64,000 nucleotides of DNA. Source: Fibrobacteria bacterium. Its GTDB lineage: Bacteria; Fibrobacterota; Fibrobacteria; UBA11236; JADFYW01. Position 1 is the first letter of the stretch. Every line of letters begins with the position of its first letter. The position numbers were made by a program, and so were the translations under genes. Positions 19,801 through 28,542 of the stretch are shown here, piece after piece. The stretch is from contig JADFYW010000004.1 of NCBI GenBank assembly GCA_015232855.1, forward strand, positions 21,488 to 85,487. Direction: 5' to 3'. A model generated the notes under the pieces. The model saw only the letters and a program-made list of their open reading frames with translations. It had not been told where the DNA came from and ran no database searches.

Positions 19801-20948
19801 ACGGTACTGATAATGTACTGGCGGTCAGTAATCTGGCTTTACTTACAGGGAACATTGGTCTGCCCTCTACCGGAGTTAATCCGTTAAGAGGACAAAATAA
19901 CGTTCAGGGCGCCTGTGATATGGGGGCACTCCCGAACGTTTACCCAGGGTATCAGAAAGTAGATGCTGAAGACGCTCAAAAGAAATTTGAAGCCGCCTGG
20001 GGAAGTAAGCTAAGCGGTAGTGCCGGACTAACCCATTTGGAAGTGCTGGAAGGGATTGATAACGGAACGGTTAAAGCTTTGTATCTTATGGGCGAAAACC
20101 CAATCATTAGTGAAGCTAACTCGAACCATGTGAGTGAATCCCTTGGAAAACTGGAGTTTTTTATTGCCCAGGATATTTTCCTTACCGATACCGCCAAAAT
20201 GGCTGATGTGGTATTACCTGCAGCCTCCTTTGCCGAAAAGGACGGAACATTCACCAATACCGAACGTAGAGTCCAGAGAGTTCGCAAAGCGATTAAACCG
20301 GTTGGCGAATCCTGGTCTGACTGGGCTATTACCTGTGAAATGGCTAAATCCATGGGAGAGAATGGATTTGATTTTGAAAGTGCAGAAGAGGTGATGAAAG
20401 AGATTGCTTCACTTACTCCCAGTTATGGTGGCATAACATATGAACGCATTGATGAAGTGGGACTTCACTGGCCTTGCCCTGATGCCAAACATCCGGGTAC
20501 ACCAATCCTTCATTCTCAACAGTTCCCGAGACCGGAAGGAAAGGGAAAATTCCTGCCATTGGAATATCGCTCGCCTGATGAAAATGCCTGTAACGATTTT
20601 CCTCTGGTATTAACTACAGACCGCAGTCTGTATCAGTATCACACCTCTACCATGACTGGACGGGTTGAGGGACTTATGGAAATCGATGGCAAAGAACGGG
20701 TAAATATCCATCCAGATGATGCAGCCAAACTTGGTATAACAGATGCCTCTTCGGTGGAAGTCTCCTCACGTCGCGGTGTTGTGAAGGCGTATGCGAAGGT
20801 GACTGATGTTGTACCCGTTGGTGTAGTATCCATGACCTTCCATTATCCGGAAAGCCCGACCAATGTGTTGACAAACGCAGCCATGGACCCGGTAGCTAAA
20901 ATCCCTGAAACCAAGGTTTGTGCAGTAAGCATTAAAAAACTGGGATAA
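16875..20948 (+). CDS. fdhF: Formate dehydrogenase alpha-like molybdo/tungstoenzyme fused to 2Fe-2S and GltD-like FAD/NAD(P)H domains
   Basis: N-terminal CRICVVE 2Fe-2S; GRVCPRPCE, GSGPAG, GGGNTAID (GltD); two 4Fe-4S motifs; CTFCGCGC, CARLCH, PLRGQNNVQGACDMG, EKDGTFTNTERRVQ. Confidence 0.9.
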   Translation: MINISITLDGQKLSIENNQTILDVCRQNGKEIPAFCDSDQLEPIGTCRICVVEAVGEGLITSCNTKVRDGMIILTDSEKVIESRKKTLETLLSRHYADCTAPCQDACPAGIDIQGYLALIRRGSFAEAVQLIKERLPLPGIIGRVCPRPCESACRRTLVDEPIAICQLKRFVADSELLNQGIPTPDSVTSSGKKVAIIGSGPAGLSAAYYLRRNGHDVTIYESLPKPGGMLRYGIPDYRLPPDILDKEINAITDMGVELITGKSLGSDFSVESLKKDGFNAVFLAIGAHNSYKLKLEGEESEGVFPGTDFLRQFTMGESIEIGDKVAVLGGGNTAIDAARTALRMGAAEVTIVYRRTRAEMPASSWEIDEAEEEGVKLHFLTGPIRIVTEEGRATGIECIKMELGQADKSGRPRPQPVEGSEFIIPVTAVIPAIGQGPDISPVKDTELQFSRWGTIDADEHSQVTNIEGVFSGGDCQTGAATAVEAIAAGRRAANGIHAYLKGKTLVPEKVYNASKGKLNELEGREEFAQIEKKSRLAMPLNHPKSLKNNFEELEKGFAEAGAIEEAGRCLECGCKANYYCDLRRWSAEYGMTTQPEPVDVNSYPRLNPHPFIEADRNKCISCTLCQRMCHDVEGIGVLGIDYRIDPLPFEQPLGSTACESCGQCVGSCPVGALVVKNGLKPEREVKTTCTFCGCGCGIYLGVRGNEVVYVRGDEENPVNKGNLCVKGRFGNDFINHPDRLTTPLIRENGKLREASWKEAMTLIAEKLPQFKGEAFVGFSSARCTNEDNYIFQKFVRKVMGTNNIDHCARLCHAPSVAGLAQSLGSGAMTNSMGEIGKASTIFAIGTNTTSAHPIIGLEVKKAVKNGAVLIVANPKRIDLCRFADVFLQHKPGTDVALVMGMANAVIEAGLADESFIKDRTENYAAFMESLKAFTPEFVEKTTGVPWTLIQKAAKIYASSKPSSILYSMGITQHTHGTDNVLAVSNLALLTGNIGLPSTGVNPLRGQNNVQGACDMGALPNVYPGYQKVDAEDAQKKFEAAWGSKLSGSAGLTHLEVLEGIDNGTVKALYLMGENPIISEANSNHVSESLGKLEFFIAQDIFLTDTAKMADVVLPAASFAEKDGTFTNTERRVQRVRKAIKPVGESWSDWAITCEMAKSMGENGFDFESAEEVMKEIASLTPSYGGITYERIDEVGLHWPCPDAKHPGTPILHSQQFPRPEGKGKFLPLEYRSPDENACNDFPLVLTTDRSLYQYHTSTMTGRVEGLMEIDGKERVNIHPDDAAKLGITDASSVEVSSRRGVVKAYAKVTDVVPVGVVSMTFHYPESPTNVLTNAAMDPVAKIPETKVCAVSIKKLG

Positions 20949-20978
20949 TTTTAATCTAGCTGAGAAGCCAAAACAGAG

Positions 20979-21007
20979 CGGATCCGTTTATCAGGATCCG
21001 TTTTTTT
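20979..21007 (+). terminator. Rho-independent terminator
   Basis: cggatcc-8nt-ggatccg stem followed by a T-run, 30 bp after the fdhF-like stop. Confidence 0.8.
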
Positions 21008-21153
21008 GTTCTGGGACTGTGGCGATTGGTTCAAGCCCTAAATTATTGATTAATGCAAATTACAATCAACTGTTAAGGCAAAATACCTGTATATATTTGA
21101 AATATCGTGCAAAATGCATTAAATTATGATAGGATAATGTACATAGGAGCAAA

Positions 21154-22485
21154 ATGACTGTATCAAATCTTGAACAGGCTAAACAGGAAACTATTCTAAA
21201 CTGTGTGGCTGATGGTGTATTTACTGTTGATAATGAGCGAAAAATCCAGTTTTTTAATCGTGCTGCGGAGAGAATTACGGGGTTTAAAGCCGGAGAAGCA
21301 ATAGGTAAAAAGTGCAGTGAAATTTTTCGTCCCAGTATATGTGGCAATGCCTGTACACTTGCACAAGTTGAGCAGACCGGAAGGGACATCATTAATCAAC
21401 CAGTTAAAATATACGCTAAGACAGGTCGTTCAGTGCATGTGAGTGTAAGTGCTGCAGTATTAAGAGATGAAGCGAACAATATAATTGGAGGTGTAGAAAC
21501 GTTTAGAGACTTATCTACCGAAGAAGATTTGCGACGGCAAATTAAAAAGTCATATACCTTTCAGGATATCATCAGCCGCCATCCCCGCATGCATGACATT
21601 TTTTCAATATTGCCGGATATTGCGGGTTCTGAGGTTTGTGTATTAATAGAAGGGGAGAGTGGGACCGGTAAAGAACTCTTTGCGAGGGCTATCCATAATC
21701 TGAGTCCCCGTAAGGAAAAGCCCTTTATAGCCATTAATTGCGGTTCTTTACCAGACAGTCTGCTGGAGTCCGAGTTATTTGGATATAAAAAAGGGGCCTT
21801 TACTGACGCTAAAAAAGATAAACCGGGACGTTTCGACCTGGCTAAAGGTGGCTCATTGTTTCTTGATGAAATCGGAGATGTTTCACCCGCTTTGCAAGTA
21901 AAATTACTGAGGGTTTTGCAAGAGAAAATGTATGAGCCGTTGGGCGCTATACAGTCGGTTCACGCCAATGCCCGCATTATTGCAGCCACCAATCAGAGTT
22001 TGCAGGAAAAAATGAAAGCAGGTGAGTTTCGTGATGATCTTTATTACCGTTTGAATGTGTTGCGTCTGGAAATCCCGCCTTTAAGAGAGAGACGTTGTGA
22101 TGTCCCTATCCTTATTGACCATTTTCGCAGGTGTTTAAATACAGAAACCGGTAAAAACATTGAAGCGGTGGATGAGACTGCAATAGATCTCTTAATGGGG
22201 TATGATTTCCCCGGGAATGTGCGAGAGCTGGAAAATGTGATACAACATGCATTTGTTTTATGTAAAAATTCTGTTATCCGTGTAGAGCATTTGCCCCGTG
22301 AATTAACGGGGGGGCATAGTGTAAAACTTGATATTGGAAACCTTTCACTGGAAGCCATAGAAAAACGGGCCATTAAAGAAGCACTGCTTAACAACAAGGG
22401 TAATCAGACTAAAGCTGCCAGGCAACTGAAGATTGACGCCAGTACGTTGTATAGGAAGATGAAGCGGTATAAGCTGAAACATTAG
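21154..22485 (+). CDS. PAS-AAA+-HTH sigma54-dependent activator (OrpR-like)
   Basis: PAS with C-X8-C-X3-C (CSEIFRPSICGNAC), GESGTGKE, GAFTDA, FLDEIG, PGNVREL, Fis-type HTH. Confidence 0.9.
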   Translation: MTVSNLEQAKQETILNCVADGVFTVDNERKIQFFNRAAERITGFKAGEAIGKKCSEIFRPSICGNACTLAQVEQTGRDIINQPVKIYAKTGRSVHVSVSAAVLRDEANNIIGGVETFRDLSTEEDLRRQIKKSYTFQDIISRHPRMHDIFSILPDIAGSEVCVLIEGESGTGKELFARAIHNLSPRKEKPFIAINCGSLPDSLLESELFGYKKGAFTDAKKDKPGRFDLAKGGSLFLDEIGDVSPALQVKLLRVLQEKMYEPLGAIQSVHANARIIAATNQSLQEKMKAGEFRDDLYYRLNVLRLEIPPLRERRCDVPILIDHFRRCLNTETGKNIEAVDETAIDLLMGYDFPGNVRELENVIQHAFVLCKNSVIRVEHLPRELTGGHSVKLDIGNLSLEAIEKRAIKEALLNNKGNQTKAARQLKIDASTLYRKMKRYKLKH

Positions 22486-22895
22486 TTAAAAGTTCAAAGT
22501 TGTGGACCCAACGCTCCCTCTTGTTAGTTCAAAGTTGTCAGTTCTACGTTCTTAGGTCACAGTTAAAATAATGTGCTTCGCGTAGATTAAGACGTTTAAA
22601 AGAGTAAATCTGTTTGGAATATTAATGTGGCATATAGTAATGTTGGTATGAGATATATGAATATTCCACTTTTTTAAACTATTTTTTACGCAGCGCACTT
22701 GGTAACAGACTGCTGAGACCTGTGACGTTAAAACTTATCGCTTAGTTCTGACAACCTTAAACTTTGAACTGAATTTCGGGCTGAGATTAGACAACTTTGA
22801 ACTCTGAATACTTCCGCTATTGCATATTGCATGAGTTTAAAAATGTATAAGCTTATTGTTGATGAATTCAACTTATATTGCCCTGTTTTCAAAAC

Positions 22896-22911
22896 TGGCA
22901 CGATAATTGAT
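22896..22911 (+). promoter_or_regulatory. Putative sigma54 -24/-12 promoter (GA variant at -12)
   Basis: TGGCACGATAATTGAT upstream of the regulator/kinase/Hmc-like operon. Confidence 0.6.
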
Positions 22912-23035
22912 ATAGGATACAACAGATAGCAGTTCGATACGAACATAGCTGCTACGTGTAATATATATGGTGAGGTATGTTATCCATAGATGTGGGTAAT
23001 AGTTTTATGGTGGTGCAAAAAAGGAAGGTCATAAT

Positions 23036-23425
23036 ATGAGTACCAATGGTAAAAAGATTCTTGTGGTTGATGATGAGCCGGATGTGGTTAAGTACATAAC
23101 CAGCCTTCTGGAGGACAATGGCTTTGAAACGGTTACCGCATGTAACGGCAAAGAAGGAATGGAGACGGCCATTAAGGAAAAGCCCGACCTTATCAGTCTG
23201 GATGTAACTATGCCGGGAGAGACTGGTGTTCGCATGTTACGCAATTTGAGTGAGCATGAAGCAACAAAAGAAATCCCTGTGATTCTAGTGACCGGAGTCG
23301 ATTTTTCTTTTAAAAGTTTTATTGAACAACGTAAACAGGTCGTTCCTCCTAAAGCCTATTTTGAAAAACCTATTGATAAGGATAAACTGCTGGCAGAAGT
23401 TAAGAGTTTATTGGGGGTTGGCTAG
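23036..23425 (+). CDS. Single-domain response regulator
   Basis: VVDDE, LDVTMP, TG, EKP. Confidence 0.9.
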   Translation: MSTNGKKILVVDDEPDVVKYITSLLEDNGFETVTACNGKEGMETAIKEKPDLISLDVTMPGETGVRMLRNLSEHEATKEIPVILVTGVDFSFKSFIEQRKQVVPPKAYFEKPIDKDKLLAEVKSLLGVG

Positions 23426-23585
23426 ATACGGATTGAAACGAAATGATTATGGGTATAAAGTTCGGGTTCTCTATCCAGTTTCAGAAAAGCCCCCATCCCC
23501 TCAGTCCCCCTTCTCCATATTGGCGGGACTCTAAGGGGAAGGGGAAGGAAATAGACACCTTTACTCACAAAATTAAGGAACATCA

Positions 23586-24689
23586 TTGGCACCCTATAAC
23601 GGCAACATAGAAGACTTTCCCGGAGAGAGTGGTATCCTTTTTGAAAAGGTTCCATGCTATATAGCAATTTTGGATCGGGACTATAAAATTGTCCGTTCCA
23701 ATGAAAAATTAAGAAATACCTTTGGTTCTTGCCGTGGTCGTCATTGCTATGATGTCTATAAAAAACGCTCTGTAGTTTGTGAAAAATGCCCTACGGAAAT
23801 GACCTTTCATGATGGTCAAGAACACACTTCTACCCATGTTGGTATAAATAAGGTGGGTGATGAGACCCATTATATTGTTACCACTTCTCCATTAATGGGT
23901 GAAAACGGTAACGTTGACTACGTAATGGAAATTCTCACAGATATTACTCAGATAAAATCTCTGGAGAAAGATAAGTTAGAAGCGGAACGGTTGGCCGCTG
24001 TAGGTCAAACAGTGGCCGGATTGGCGCATAGTGTGAAAAATATCCTGATGGGGGTTGAGGGTGGAATGTACATGGTTGAGGTTGGCATAAATAAAGGTGA
24101 CCAGTCTCGTACAGCAGAGGGTTGGGACATGCTTCAGCGGAACATTACCAAGGTTTCAACTTTAGTTAAGGACTTTTTAAGTTTTGCCAAGGGGCGGAAG
24201 CCAGTGGTGAAATTAATTGACCCAAATGTTTTGCTCGATGATATTGTAGAGCTTTATGCGGATACAGCCAGCAAAATGGGGATAGAGCTTAAAAAAACCA
24301 GGAAAAAATATATGGCTTCTGCCCCTCTGGATCCTGATGCCATACATACCTGTCTAACAAATCTGGTGTCAAATGCTATTGATACGTGTCATATCAGTAG
24401 TAAAGATAAAAAAATAGTGATTTTGGATGCGGTTGAAGATGGCGGTAATATCACCATAAGCGTTTCAGACAATGGTTCAGGAATTGATTATGATATTCAG
24501 AAAAAAATATTTACCACATTTTTCACTACAAAGGGCGGTAATGGAACGGGATTAGGACTATTGACCACTCGCAAAATAGTTCAAGAACATGGCGGAAAAA
24601 TTGAAGTTGAATCCATTCCGGGGAAGGGTTCGGTTTTTAAAATAGTCTTGCCGCGAAAACAATTACCAGTAATGAATGATTCACCTTAA
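23586..24689 (+). CDS. Cytoplasmic PAS sensor histidine kinase
   Basis: Cys-containing PAS (HCY..CEKCP), H-box LAHSVKN, N-box NLVSNAID, DNGSG, FFTTK, GTGLGL. Confidence 0.9.
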   Translation: MAPYNGNIEDFPGESGILFEKVPCYIAILDRDYKIVRSNEKLRNTFGSCRGRHCYDVYKKRSVVCEKCPTEMTFHDGQEHTSTHVGINKVGDETHYIVTTSPLMGENGNVDYVMEILTDITQIKSLEKDKLEAERLAAVGQTVAGLAHSVKNILMGVEGGMYMVEVGINKGDQSRTAEGWDMLQRNITKVSTLVKDFLSFAKGRKPVVKLIDPNVLLDDIVELYADTASKMGIELKKTRKKYMASAPLDPDAIHTCLTNLVSNAIDTCHISSKDKKIVILDAVEDGGNITISVSDNGSGIDYDIQKKIFTTFFTTKGGNGTGLGLLTTRKIVQEHGGKIEVESIPGKGSVFKIVLPRKQLPVMNDSP

Positions 24690-24702
24690 AACAGGGTAGC
24701 TT

Positions 24703-25209
24703 ATGAGTAATGAATTAGGTAAAACAGTACTTATTGTGGATGATGAAGACGATGTTGTTCGTTATTTGAGCATGGTTCTTCAAGATGCAGGATTTACGGT
24801 AGTTACCGCTTTTGATGGTATTGAAGCAATAGAGAGACTCAAGGAAAAAACACCTGATCTTATATCGCTTGATATTGTGATGCCCAAAGGATCCGGCATT
24901 AAAATGCATCGGGAATTAAAGAAACATCCGGAATGGTCAAAAATACCCGTTATGATAGTTACCGGCCATGCGCGTGATGAGTTGGGAAAAACGGATTTTG
25001 ATGAAATGACGATGTCCGGGCCGGGGATATATCTGGAAAAGCCGGTGAATGCAATTAATTATGTGGCTGCAGTTAAAAAGATTCTTTGCTTAGAAGATGG
25101 CGACTGTGGTGGAGAAAAGGATTTGAAGTCAGAAGTGAAACAATTATTGGATACAGCTGATGCTGATATGCTGGAGAAGATTAAGAAGATGATGAGAGGG
25201 GAAGAGTAG
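24703..25209 (+). CDS. Response regulator receiver protein
   Basis: VDDE, LDIVMP, EKP, with a C-terminal helical extension. Confidence 0.9.
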   Translation: MSNELGKTVLIVDDEDDVVRYLSMVLQDAGFTVVTAFDGIEAIERLKEKTPDLISLDIVMPKGSGIKMHRELKKHPEWSKIPVMIVTGHARDELGKTDFDEMTMSGPGIYLEKPVNAINYVAAVKKILCLEDGDCGGEKDLKSEVKQLLDTADADMLEKIKKMMRGEE

Positions 25210-25247
25210 GGATGTGCGTTCTTATGTTACGTAATTATCCAAAAACC

Positions 25248-25614
25248 AGTCATTCCGGCTTGTCCGGAATCAAAAGCATAAATTCTGAATCAGGAAGATA
25301 ATATGCAATCTGTTTTTTTTGCAAATGATTTTCTTTTCCAAATATTGGTTACCATTCTAAAGCCTGATTCCAGACAAGCTGGAATGACTATCTCTCCCAT
25401 TCTAAAGCCTGATTCCAGACAAGCCGGAATGACTATCTCTCCCATTCTAAAGCCTGATTCCGGACAAGCCGGAATGACTGTGTCTACCATTCTAAAGCTT
25501 GATTCCAGACAAGCTGGAATGACTATCTCTCCCATTCTAAAGCTTGATTCCAGACAAGCTGGAATGACTATGTCTCCCATTCTAAAGCCTGATTCCGGAC
25601 AAGCCGGAATGACT
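25248..25614. repeat. REP-like cluster: one inverted unit plus 6 tandem 45-bp units, each containing an ATTCCRG-acaag-CYGGAAT hairpin
   Basis: Units start at 25352, 25397, 25442, 25487, 25532 and 25577; inverted copy at ~25248-25272. Confidence 0.9.
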
Positions 25615-25654
25615 GTTTTGAAACAAAAATAAGATAAACAAAGAAGAAGATGTT

Positions 25655-27007
25655 ATGACAATAAAAGAAAAACCAAAAAATAAGTACCCGTATTACATCG
25701 AAGCTCCCCTGGAGTATAAGCGGGTTGATGCATTTCTCAAGGCGTTTTCCGCTATATTGGAGCACTCCAATTACAAGTTTATCCTGGATTTATATACCCG
25801 GATATCTATGAAATGCGCTCGCTGTGCTTCGGGGTGCCAGATTTATCAGACTACCGGAAAACCTGAGGATATTCCCTGTTATCGCTCCAGCATATTGTTA
25901 CGGATATATAAAAGGCATTTTACGCTAGGTGGATGGATGAAGTCAAAACTCACCGGCGGAAGCGGAATTACCGAAAAGGATATCGATGAAATGCTCGAAT
26001 CCTATTACCAATGTACAGCTTGCAGGCGTTGCACGTTTTATTGCCCCATGGGAATAGAACATGGGATGATAACTCATCTAGGGCGGTATATCCTTGCTGA
26101 AATTGGCATCGTACCAAAGGCTTTGCAAGTGTCTGTTCGTGAGCAATTAGAGGGAGCTTCAAAAAACACATCCGCAATACCCGTACCTGCTTTGATAGAT
26201 ACGCTGGAATTTTTAGAAGAAGAGATAGAAGAGACAAAAGGTATTAAAGTTAAGTTTCCCATTGATGTTGAGGGGGCTGAATATGTGTTTTTTGCTCCTG
26301 TCAGTGATTACCTCCTTGAGGCTGACACCTTGATGGGTATGGCCTGTGTCTTACAAACGGCTGGTATCAGTTGGACTATTGGTACCGGTAATTATGATGG
26401 TATTAACTATGGACTATTTTATAGCGATGATTTTCTCGGTAAAATCGTACGAAATGAAATAGATGAAGTCAGACGATTAAAGGGTAAAAAAATATTAATA
26501 GGGGAGTGTGGACATGCTTCCCGTACGGCCAAAAATTTTGTTCCTACTTATAACGAAGGAAGTGAAATACCCGTAGTGAATCTGCTTGAGCTAACCCTCA
26601 AACTCCTTGAAGAAGGAAAAATTGAACTTGACCCTAATGTGATAACTGAGAAAGTTACCTATCATGACCCCTGTAACTATGTGCGATCGGGTTGGATTAT
26701 AGAGCAGCCACGGAAGATTATCAAGAGCTTTATTAAAAACTTTGTGGAAATGACTCCTAACGGCAAGTACAACCTCTGTTGCGGCGGCGGCGGCGGCACG
26801 GTATCAGTAGATGAAGTGAAAGACTTCCGGATGAACGCGGCCGGGAAAAAAAAGGCTGACCAATTGCGAGCTACCGGGGCCGATATTGTTATTACTCCTT
26901 GCGCTAACTGCAAAAAACAAATTGAGGAAGTAATAGAATATTTTGACTTGCCCATGAAGCGAATGGGCTTGCATGATTTGATTTTAAAAGCGATTAAACT
27001 GAAATAA
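25655..27007 (+). CDS. HmcF/TmcB-like (HdrD-type) Fe-S oxidoreductase with CCG domain
   Basis: CARCASGC, CTACRRCTFYCP, GECGH, YHDPC, CCGGGG, PCANC. Confidence 0.85.
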   Translation: MTIKEKPKNKYPYYIEAPLEYKRVDAFLKAFSAILEHSNYKFILDLYTRISMKCARCASGCQIYQTTGKPEDIPCYRSSILLRIYKRHFTLGGWMKSKLTGGSGITEKDIDEMLESYYQCTACRRCTFYCPMGIEHGMITHLGRYILAEIGIVPKALQVSVREQLEGASKNTSAIPVPALIDTLEFLEEEIEETKGIKVKFPIDVEGAEYVFFAPVSDYLLEADTLMGMACVLQTAGISWTIGTGNYDGINYGLFYSDDFLGKIVRNEIDEVRRLKGKKILIGECGHASRTAKNFVPTYNEGSEIPVVNLLELTLKLLEEGKIELDPNVITEKVTYHDPCNYVRSGWIIEQPRKIIKSFIKNFVEMTPNGKYNLCCGGGGGTVSVDEVKDFRMNAAGKKKADQLRATGADIVITPCANCKKQIEEVIEYFDLPMKRMGLHDLILKAIKLK

Positions 27008-27019
27008 AGGAAAAGGTTA

Positions 27020-27721
27020 ATGGAACAATTTCTTGAATTTGCGAAAGGCTCTTTGTTTGCGGGGAGTTTCGTTATAATGGTCTTAGGATTGGCACGCACT
27101 GCGTTTATTACGTTGTGGGGTACTAAAAATGCGTTGGATAAAGCAGGGGACAAAAATATTCCGTACAAAGCTCTTATAAAAGAAACCTTTGAATGGATGA
27201 TTCCCATTAAACATATTACCAATTCGAGATCTGCTATCAGCATAGTGTCAGTAGTCTTTCATATTGGCCTTATAATCGTCCCCCTGTTTTTGCTTGATCA
27301 TATTTTACTCTGGCAAAAATTAGGACTGTCCTGGCCTGGTATACCTGCAGCCATTGCTAATGTACTTACCATAACAACGATAGTAACCGGGGGTATTTTG
27401 CTTCTAAACCGTATCTTTCATCGCGATACCCGGTTTTTGAGTTCGGTGATTGATTATGCACTTTTAGTGCTTATTCTGGCCATATTTATAAATGGATTTA
27501 TTGCCTCCAAACCTTTTAATCCTATCCCTTATAACCTTGTAATGGTTATACATGTGATGGCTGGCAATTTGATACTTATCCTCGTACCCTTTTCAAAACT
27601 AGCGCATTGTTTTTTATACCCGATTATGAGAATTGCTTCAAACATTGCCTGGCATTTTCCTGCAAGAGCCGGAGAAGAAGTCAACAAAACACTTTATGGA
27701 GAAGAGAATAAAAAAGTATGA
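27020..27721 (+). CDS. NarI/HmcE-like membrane cytochrome b subunit
   Basis: 5 TM segments, FHIG..H and HV....PFSKLAH heme-b ligand pattern. Confidence 0.8.
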   Translation: MEQFLEFAKGSLFAGSFVIMVLGLARTAFITLWGTKNALDKAGDKNIPYKALIKETFEWMIPIKHITNSRSAISIVSVVFHIGLIIVPLFLLDHILLWQKLGLSWPGIPAAIANVLTITTIVTGGILLLNRIFHRDTRFLSSVIDYALLVLILAIFINGFIASKPFNPIPYNLVMVIHVMAGNLILILVPFSKLAHCFLYPIMRIASNIAWHFPARAGEEVNKTLYGEENKKV

Positions 27722-28542
27722 TTGGAATACTCACAGATGTAACAAAGTGCATTGGCTGCCATAAATGCGTAGGCGCGTGTGTGGATGCTAATAAGCTGGA
27801 TAAGCATATTCCAGCACCCCAACATACCAGTGATGGCCTGGCCGCAAACCGCTGGACTTCCATTATTAAACAACCGGACAGCCATTATGTGCGAAAGCAA
27901 TGTCGGCATTGTCTGGAACCGGCCTGTGTTTCAGCCTGTATTGTAGGTGCTCTGAAGAAAACAAAATCAGGGCCGGTAGTATATGATAAAAAGAAATGTA
28001 TTGGTTGTCGCTATTGTATGATGGCTTGCCCCTATGGGGTGCCAAAATATGAATGGGATACTCCCGTACCCTATGTACGTAAATGCACTATGTGTTATGA
28101 ACGGGTCTCTGTTGGCAAACAACCAGCCTGCACGGAGGCTTGCCCAACAGGAGCTACCGTATTTGGGGACCGGGACAAGCTTATCGCTGAAGCAAAGCTG
28201 CGTATAACTAAAAACCCCGAAAAATATATTAACCGGGTTTTTGGTGAAGTTGAGGTTGGTGGAACTTCGGTATTGTATCTATCAGATATTCCACTTGGTT
28301 TCCTTGGCTGGAAAGACGACCTGGGCAAGGAGGCGTTACCCAAACTTACCTGGTCAGCATTAAGTAAGGTTCCGACAGAGTTTTTGGGCATGGGAGCAGC
28401 TATGACAGGGGCGTTTTGGATAATCGGTCGTAGAAACAAAATGCGGGCCATGAAGGTAAAAGAAGAAGCTGAAAAAAAAGCAGTTGAAAATGAAACCGGT
28501 GATGCAGGTACAGAAGAAAAAGGCGAGGACAGTAATGAATAA
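27718..28542 (+). CDS. HybA/HmcB-like 4x[4Fe-4S] subunit with C-terminal TM anchor
   Basis: CIGCHKCVGAC, CRHCLEPACVSAC, CIGCRYCMMACP, CTMC...PACTEACP, GEVEVGGTS. Confidence 0.9.
   Translation: MIGILTDVTKCIGCHKCVGACVDANKLDKHIPAPQHTSDGLAANRWTSIIKQPDSHYVRKQCRHCLEPACVSACIVGALKKTKSGPVVYDKKKCIGCRYCMMACPYGVPKYEWDTPVPYVRKCTMCYERVSVGKQPACTEACPTGATVFGDRDKLIAEAKLRITKNPEKYINRVFGEVEVGGTSVLYLSDIPLGFLGWKDDLGKEALPKLTWSALSKVPTEFLGMGAAMTGAFWIIGRRNKMRAMKVKEEAEKKAVENETGDAGTEEKGEDSNE

Noticed and set aside
17104..20874. Short overlapping or antisense ORFs within long genes (here and throughout the window)
   Set aside because: Shadow ORFs without motifs or RBS, overlapping well-supported CDSs
16875..20948. Selenocysteine recoding in the FDH-like gene
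   Set aside because: ORF is uninterrupted and the active-site residue is Cys (CARLCH)
23484..23550. C-rich/G-rich hairpin as ncRNA or riboswitch
   Set aside because: Single copy with no recognisable RNA family; more likely a REP-like remnant
25352..25614. CRISPR array
   Set aside because: The 45-bp units are near-identical over their whole length with no unique spacers, no cas genes are nearby, and the unit matches dispersed REP-like copies
25290..25632. Repeat-peptide ORFs on both strands (25303..25632 + and 25290..25580 -)
   Set aside because: Open only because the 45-bp unit is a stop-free multiple of 3; derived from the REP array
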